Assembly (NCBI GenBank): GCA_965644315.1
Contig: CBFFRQ010000110.1
Location: 1 to 11,451 of the forward strand
Reading direction: 5' to 3'
Source: Caecitellus pseudoparvulus
Taxonomy: Eukaryota > Protista > Bigyra: Bicosoecida
Length of the DNA: 11,451 nucleotides
The position numbers were made by a program, and so were the translations under genes. Each line of letters opens with the position of its first letter. Position 1 is the stretch's first letter. Of the stretch, positions 6,829 through 11,451 are shown piece after piece. The notes under the pieces are model-generated. The model was not told where the DNA came from. It saw only the letters and a list, made by a program, of their open reading frames with translations, and made no database searches.

Positions 6829-9800
6829 TTACTTGCCTAGCAGCCGGGCACACAGCCGAGCGAACCAAGCCTGAAACAGAAGAGCAGCTGGACCAAGAAC
6901 CCCTGTATCCCTGCCTGTCCCCGTGATGCGGGAGTTCAAACTGCTCAAGGAGAATGAGGCCTCTGATAAAGCCGCCACATCCCCACCGCACACACCTGCA
7001 ACATTGATCAACACGTCGGACAGCTCCTCCGCATCCCCGCTGACCCACGCGGCACGCAGCTGCTCTTCAAGAACATGGCGATCATCCTCGCCGTGCAGAG
7101 CCAAAGGCTTGAACTCCCTCAGCACATCCTCCAACACCGAGTCATCCGGCACACCTTGGTCTGCAGCTGGTGCCGCCACTGCAGGTGGTGGGGCGGCAGA
7201 TGCCGCAATCGGGGACTCCCCGGTGAAGGCCGAACCCTGAGCCATACCACTAGGCGCGGTCGTGCCATGCTGTGCAGGCTTGGCTCGACCCTCGACCCCC
7301 ACACGGTGCACCCACCCTTGAAACACCCGAAAAGCTTCAGCAAGAGCTCCCGATGCAGCACTTCGCTGTTGGTAGCGGTCTTTGATGCTCTGCAAGCAGC
7401 TCTGGGACTCCTGCAGCGCCGTCATATCCCCACCGCACACGCCTGCAATCTCAATCAACACGTCGGATAGCTCCTTCGCATCTCCACTGGCCCACGCTAC
7501 ACGCAGCTGCTCTTCACGAACACAGCGATCTTCCTTGCTGTATCGAGCGAAAGGCTTGAAGTTCTTCAGCACCTCCTTCAGCACAGTATCGCCCTGCACA
7601 GCCTGGCCTGTGGCTGATGCTGCCACTGCACGTGCTGCGCTGGTATTTGACTTCTGCCCAGACGGCTTTGTGCCTGTCGTTGCCTTGGCCTTGGCCTTGG
7701 CCTTCGCTGTGCCACTTTGCCTAGCCGTGCTACTCTGCGCAGGCATGGCGTGAACCTTCATCCTCACCTGACCCACCCAACCTTGAAAACGACTAACTGC
7801 TTTACCAAAAGCCCCCATCGCACAGCCTTGCCGGCGGTGGTGATCGTTCATCCTCTGCAAGCAACTTTGGGACTCCTGCAGCGCTGCCACATCCCCGCCG
7901 CACACACTTGCAATTTCAATCAACGCGTCTGATAGCTCCCCCGCATCCCCGCTGGCCCACGCAGCACGCAGCTGCTCTTCAAGAACACGGCGATCTGGCT
8001 CACTATGCAGAGTCAAAGGCCTAAACTCCCTCAACACCGCCTCCAACACCGCGTCGTCCAGCACAACTTGGTCTGTGGTTGATGCCGCCACAGCAGATGG
8101 TGGGGCGGCAAGTGACTTCTCATCAGATAGCTTTGTGCCCTGCGAAGTGTTGACCTTGGCTTTGGTCTTGGTCTTGATCTTGGTCTTGATCTTGGTCTTG
8201 GTCTTGGTCTTGATCTTGATCTTGGTCATGGTCTTGGCCTTGGCTTTGGCCTTGGTTGGTGCTGGCGTGCCTCGGTCGTCAGTTAGACTCACGCTTGTCA
8301 TGTCAGAAGATGGGCTAGACGGGGCTGACTTGTCAGAGCCCCTTTTGCCCCGGGATGGTCGTTTGTAAGTTGCTCTGTCTCGTTTGCTGCGAGCAAGCAC
8401 AGCCACCGGAACAACACTTGGCGCCGCTGGCGCAGGTGCTGGTGGTTGAGCGGCTGGCTGCGGCTTTCTTAAACTGGCACCATGTGTCCCTTCGAAGTCC
8501 ACGCCCAACTCTGACTCCAGCTCCTTCACAGCAAGCTTGGTCGCATCCAAGGCCTCAAGAAACATGTCTGTCGGTGACGTATGGGAGCTTCGCCGACGGG
8601 TGAGCGTTGGCGGAGCGAAAGAGCGGGAGGACTGTGTACCTGCAGCCTGGAACCTTGCGCCAGATGCCCATTCAACCGGGACCAGCAACCCGTGCTTCGT
8701 CCACAGGCTGAAGGCGGGGAAAGGAAGGGCGGCTGCGAGACGAAGGGTGGACGATTCAACTGCTCCCCCCATGGCAGCGCCCGCTGCGGTTGAAACACTG
8801 GCATCAAGTGCTGCGAACGCAGCATCCTGCAGTACACATGCCCCAATGTTCATCCCAGAGGATGGTCCACCACCCTCCGTGCTGGAAGCGGTCTGGCGAG
8901 CGGATGCTGCAGCGTGCCCCGCTGCCCGAATGCACCGAATAATCAATGACTGCAGCTCCGGGACGTGAGGAGAGGGCTGCAACATGCACGACATGGACTG
9001 GAGGAGCTTGAGGGCATTGATTGCGCGCAGGTTTGAAAGAGACCAGTTCAAGTTGGTCCAGGAACGGTCTCCCTCCAGCTTCACGCTGCGAATGCGAAGA
9101 TTACAGCTTGCCTTGCCATCGGCATCAGCGGCACCGACGCTCCCCATCCAAGAGCAGTCCACTGAGTATTGGCTGCAGCGTGTCCCCAGCAAGCAGGCTG
9201 CCGCCGCCATGCCATCATCAGGCCACAGAGCTGACACGTGCTCAAGCAGAAGGCTGTGCCCTGAAGCGCCTGCCTTGCAAAACGTGAACCACGCACGGTC
9301 TGGGCTGCTAGTGCTGAGGGACAACAGCCTTGTTCCGCTGTGTGGAGAAGCCAATCCAACATAGCCCGGTGGAACATGCAGAAGAGCACCCTCAGTGGAC
9401 ACTGCGTGCGAAGTGCTCGGTGAAGCTTTGCCTTGGCGACGACGGTGCGCAGATGGACGGCCACGTTTCCGTGCCGTGACGGTTCGACCTTCGTCATCGT
9501 CCGCTTCAGCAGCTGCCCCGCCACCCCTTGCCCTAATTGCCACAATCGCCGATGGTCTTGGGAACAGTGGTGTGTCTTCAGACCAGGTGGAGGAGTAGCT
9601 CGACGCAGCTGACGTGCTTGTGTGTGGAGACAAGGCTGGCTTTGAACACTGTAGCGAGGAGCTCAGGTACAGGTGCAAGTCTCGAAAGCTGTCAGAGTCT
9701 TGCCAGTGGGCTTTAACCATGGTCGCCTCCCACCCCCCCCCCAAGGCATCACTGTCTTCATCCGCTGCCAAAGACAGAAAGCCGCGGAAGTACGTTCGGG

Positions 9801-11451
9801 TGTCTAGTCGCACCTGGTCTTCCACAGCGACAAGCTCTCGATCAAAGGTGGGAGGCAGGTCCCCAGCGCCGACTTCACCAACAGCCGCGGCCTGAACTGC
9901 AGATTTTGCCTTCGTGACACTTGGAGAAATAGGACACATCCAAGCGAGTGAAGTGAAGAATTTCTTGATAGTGCCAGTCACAAACCACTTTGATCGTCCC
10001 CGGGCGGCTCCGACTGGGCTGCCAAGTGCGGCCGCGCCGCCGCTGAAGAGCTGTTCGATTTTCCGGAGTCGTTCAGCCCTCCCACCGCTGTTGGCAATGC
10101 GGAACGAATAAACACTCATTTCCTTCAACAGGGGAAGCCGCAGATCACCCTTCTTACTTGACCGTAGCAAGCAAAGCATGGAAGGGTGGATGCCGCTGCG
10201 CAAGGGTGCGGCACTGGAAGCTCTGAGCACATCTACGATACCTTCGTCCTGCTGCACTTCAGCGCACAGAGCTGATTGTGCGTCATATGCACCCGTAGCA
10301 GGGTCGCGGAGGCAGGAGGTAGTCACTTGAGGGCACTGGTCAGTCCCAACTGTCGTGGAAGTGACTGATCTTGGCAGGCTCACGCAGGTCCCGGCCGGTG
10401 TGCGGTATGCAGCTGTTGTTCCTTGGTCATGAACACGCCGTCCAGCCGTGAGGAATGTACGGGGGTCAGTGGGAAGCCCAGAATACTTGCACGACGGCTT
10501 TCCATGGGTCCATGGGTTAAACAGAAGCAACGTGGACTTCTTGCTTTTCTTCGCCTTGCCCCTCATTTTGGTCAGGTCTGACTTAAGCGTCGCCAGATCC
10601 TGAGAAAGGCTTTCAAGCTGATCGCGGAGGTCTTCCTCGGCTTGTGGATCTGTGGTGATGGAGAGCTGCTCCTCAAGAGCCACTTTCTCTGCTACGAGCT
10701 GCTCCTTCATGCGGGTCAGCTGTGCTTTCGTCTGCTGCTGATCTGGCAGCGCAAGGAGCAAGCCGCACTGAATGGCTTCAGGAAGTGCGGCGACGAGGAC
10801 TTCAGGCTGCGAGTGTGAAGCCGAGTCAACGGATACAGTCACTACAAACTCCTCCAATCGTTCTGGGTCCGCGTGTAGCATTGCCCGCATGCTCTTCAGG
10901 CTCGCCAGATAGTCTTCAGCACTCATACCAGATGGAGGCCACAGGCAGTCCATGACTTGGGCGCCCTCCTTCAACCGCGACGCGTCACCAGTCACCAGAT
11001 CGCACCATCGCTTTGGGAGATGAGGTGTCCGTCGTTTGCGTCTTGCACCCTTTGGGTAGACAAGCGCGGCAGATACCTCGCGAATCCGACGGTCGAGTTC
11101 TCGGATGATCCATGCGACGTTGTTGGACACGGCTTGTGAAGCTGCCTTGCGCTTTGGGAGCACGCATGCGATGTTTTCGGCATGCGTCATGGCAATGAGG
11201 GAACGCAAGACATCCTCGTCTTGGCACAAGCACTCTTCGGGGACCTCTGTCTTGGAATCCCGCAGGCAGCGGGCTGCAGTTTGCAGTGCAGTGCGTTGGT
11301 CGTCAACCCTTTCGTCGTCCGGCAGGTGAAGCTGAAAGTAGCCACTTCCTCCACGGCCTGACTGAACTCTCGCTTGTACATCGGACAATTTTCGAAAGTT
11401 TCCCAGAGCACAGTTATGAATGGAAGCAAGAGCTTTTGCCTTAAGGCCATG
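6829..11451 (-). CDS. Large uncharacterised protein, 3' part (at least 1540 aa; frame open to the right window edge), with a coiled-coil hairpin, basic NLS-like patches, a Lys-X dipeptide tract and three C-terminal repeated domains
   Basis: 4.6 kb stop-free frame. The ORF-track start at 11388 is a TTG, and the frame reads on upstream without a stop (HGLKAKALASIHNCALGNFRKLSDVQ...). The internal repeats keep frame (periods of 465 and 447 bp, both multiples of 3), consistent with coding constraint. No family recognised. Confidence 0.85.
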   Translation of the reverse strand, partial: HGLKAKALASIHNCALGNFRKLSDVQARVQSGRGGSGYFQLHLPDDERVDDQRTALQTAARCLRDSKTEVPEECLCQDEDVLRSLIAMTHAENIACVLPKRKAASQAVSNNVAWIIRELDRRIREVSAALVYPKGARRKRRTPHLPKRWCDLVTGDASRLKEGAQVMDCLWPPSGMSAEDYLASLKSMRAMLHADPERLEEFVVTVSVDSASHSQPEVLVAALPEAIQCGLLLALPDQQQTKAQLTRMKEQLVAEKVALEEQLSITTDPQAEEDLRDQLESLSQDLATLKSDLTKMRGKAKKSKKSTLLLFNPWTHGKPSCKYSGLPTDPRTFLTAGRRVHDQGTTAAYRTPAGTCVSLPRSVTSTTVGTDQCPQVTTSCLRDPATGAYDAQSALCAEVQQDEGIVDVLRASSAAPLRSGIHPSMLCLLRSSKKGDLRLPLLKEMSVYSFRIANSGGRAERLRKIEQLFSGGAAALGSPVGAARGRSKWFVTGTIKKFFTSLAWMCPISPSVTKAKSAVQAAAVGEVGAGDLPPTFDRELVAVEDQVRLDTRTYFRGFLSLAADEDSDALGGGWEATMVKAHWQDSDSFRDLHLYLSSSLQCSKPALSPHTSTSAASSYSSTWSEDTPLFPRPSAIVAIRARGGGAAAEADDDEGRTVTARKRGRPSAHRRRQGKASPSTSHAVSTEGALLHVPPGYVGLASPHSGTRLLSLSTSSPDRAWFTFCKAGASGHSLLLEHVSALWPDDGMAAAACLLGTRCSQYSVDCSWMGSVGAADADGKASCNLRIRSVKLEGDRSWTNLNWSLSNLRAINALKLLQSMSCMLQPSPHVPELQSLIIRCIRAAGHAAASARQTASSTEGGGPSSGMNIGACVLQDAAFAALDASVSTAAGAAMGGAVESSTLRLAAALPFPAFSLWTKHGLLVPVEWASGARFQAAGTQSSRSFAPPTLTRRRSSHTSPTDMFLEALDATKLAVKELESELGVDFEGTHGASLRKPQPAAQPPAPAPAAPSVVPVAVLARSKRDRATYKRPSRGKRGSDKSAPSSPSSDMTSVSLTDDRGTPAPTKAKAKAKTMTKIKIKTKTKTKIKTKIKTKTKAKVNTSQGTKLSDEKSLAAPPSAVAASTTDQVVLDDAVLEAVLREFRPLTLHSEPDRRVLEEQLRAAWASGDAGELSDALIEIASVCGGDVAALQESQSCLQRMNDHHRRQGCAMGAFGKAVSRFQGWVGQVRMKVHAMPAQSSTARQSGTAKAKAKAKATTGTKPSGQKSNTSAARAVAASATGQAVQGDTVLKEVLKNFKPFARYSKEDRCVREEQLRVAWASGDAKELSDVLIEIAGVCGGDMTALQESQSCLQSIKDRYQQRSAASGALAEAFRVFQGWVHRVGVEGRAKPAQHGTTAPSGMAQGSAFTGESPIAASAAPPPAVAAPAADQGVPDDSVLEDVLREFKPLALHGEDDRHVLEEQLRAAWVSGDAEELSDVLINVAGVCGGDVAALSEASFSLSSLNSRITGTGRDTGVLGPAALLFQAWFARLCARLLGK
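6850..8073 (-). repeat. Three diverged tandem intragenic repeats (cores about 8073..7771, 7608..7306, 7161..6859)
   Basis: The anchor ATCCCC(A/G)CCGCACAC occurs at 7891, 7426 and 6979 (spacings 465 and 447 bp). Shared peptide: D.VL..VL..F(K/R)P......DR.V.EEQLR.AW.SGDA.ELSD.LI..A.VCGGD..AL.E....L...FQ.W. Confidence 0.95.
7684..7707. repeat. Short hexamer tract (CTTGGC)x3 plus CTTCGC encoding AKAKAKAK
   Basis: Read directly. It sits in the linker before repeat copy 2, at the position equivalent to the long tract before copy 1. Confidence 0.85.
8155..8256. repeat. Coding hexanucleotide tandem repeat, 17 units of CTTGGT/CTTGAT/CTTGGC variants
   Basis: Read directly. On the minus strand it encodes TKAKAKAKTMTKIKIKTKTKTKIKTKIKTKTKAK. 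Confidence 0.97.

Noticed and set aside
6850-8256. Repeats considered as a CRISPR array or transposon termini
   Set aside because: The units are long, diverged, in-frame coding duplications. There is no repeat-spacer structure, no terminal inverted repeats and no cas or transposase motifs, and the context is eukaryotic.
8075-8368. Plus-strand ORF with a long hydrophobic LVLVLILVL stretch resembling a TM protein
   Set aside because: It is the antisense reading of the Lys-X hexamer tract.
852-10111. Numerous 100-245 aa antisense or alternative-frame ORFs over the CTL, PEX11 and giant genes
   Set aside because: Expected shadows in GC-rich coding DNA; none shows recognisable motifs or independent gene structure.

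Overview
This window is gene-dense, GC-rich nuclear DNA from a microbial eukaryote, not prokaryotic. The evidence is 11 predicted short GT-AG spliceosomal introns (61-84 bp) and short intergenic gaps. The unspliced ORF track is therefore misleading, so I rebuilt six genes by hand. (1) The 5' part of a BUD13/CWC26-like splicing factor (minus, runs off the left end). (2) A 5-exon choline transporter-like CTL/SLC44 gene (minus, about 674 aa). (3) A 4-exon secreted, probably GPI-anchored protein with a Frizzled/Mid1-type cysteine-rich domain (plus, about 246 aa). (4) An intronless PEX11 (minus, about 299 aa). (5) A 4-exon claudin/PMP22-like four-TM protein (plus, about 302 aa). (6) The 3' part of a very large uncharacterised gene (minus, more than 1540 uninterrupted codons, open past the right end). 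Gene 6 ends in three tandem copies of an unrecognised helical domain of about 100 aa and has an expanded coding hexamer repeat (Lys-X dipeptides); it is the best novelty candidate. A more speculative candidate is the Mid1-like CRD gene lying near a claudin-like gene. I could not support any RNA gene, CRISPR array or mobile element. All exon structures and family calls come from reading by eye, without database searches.
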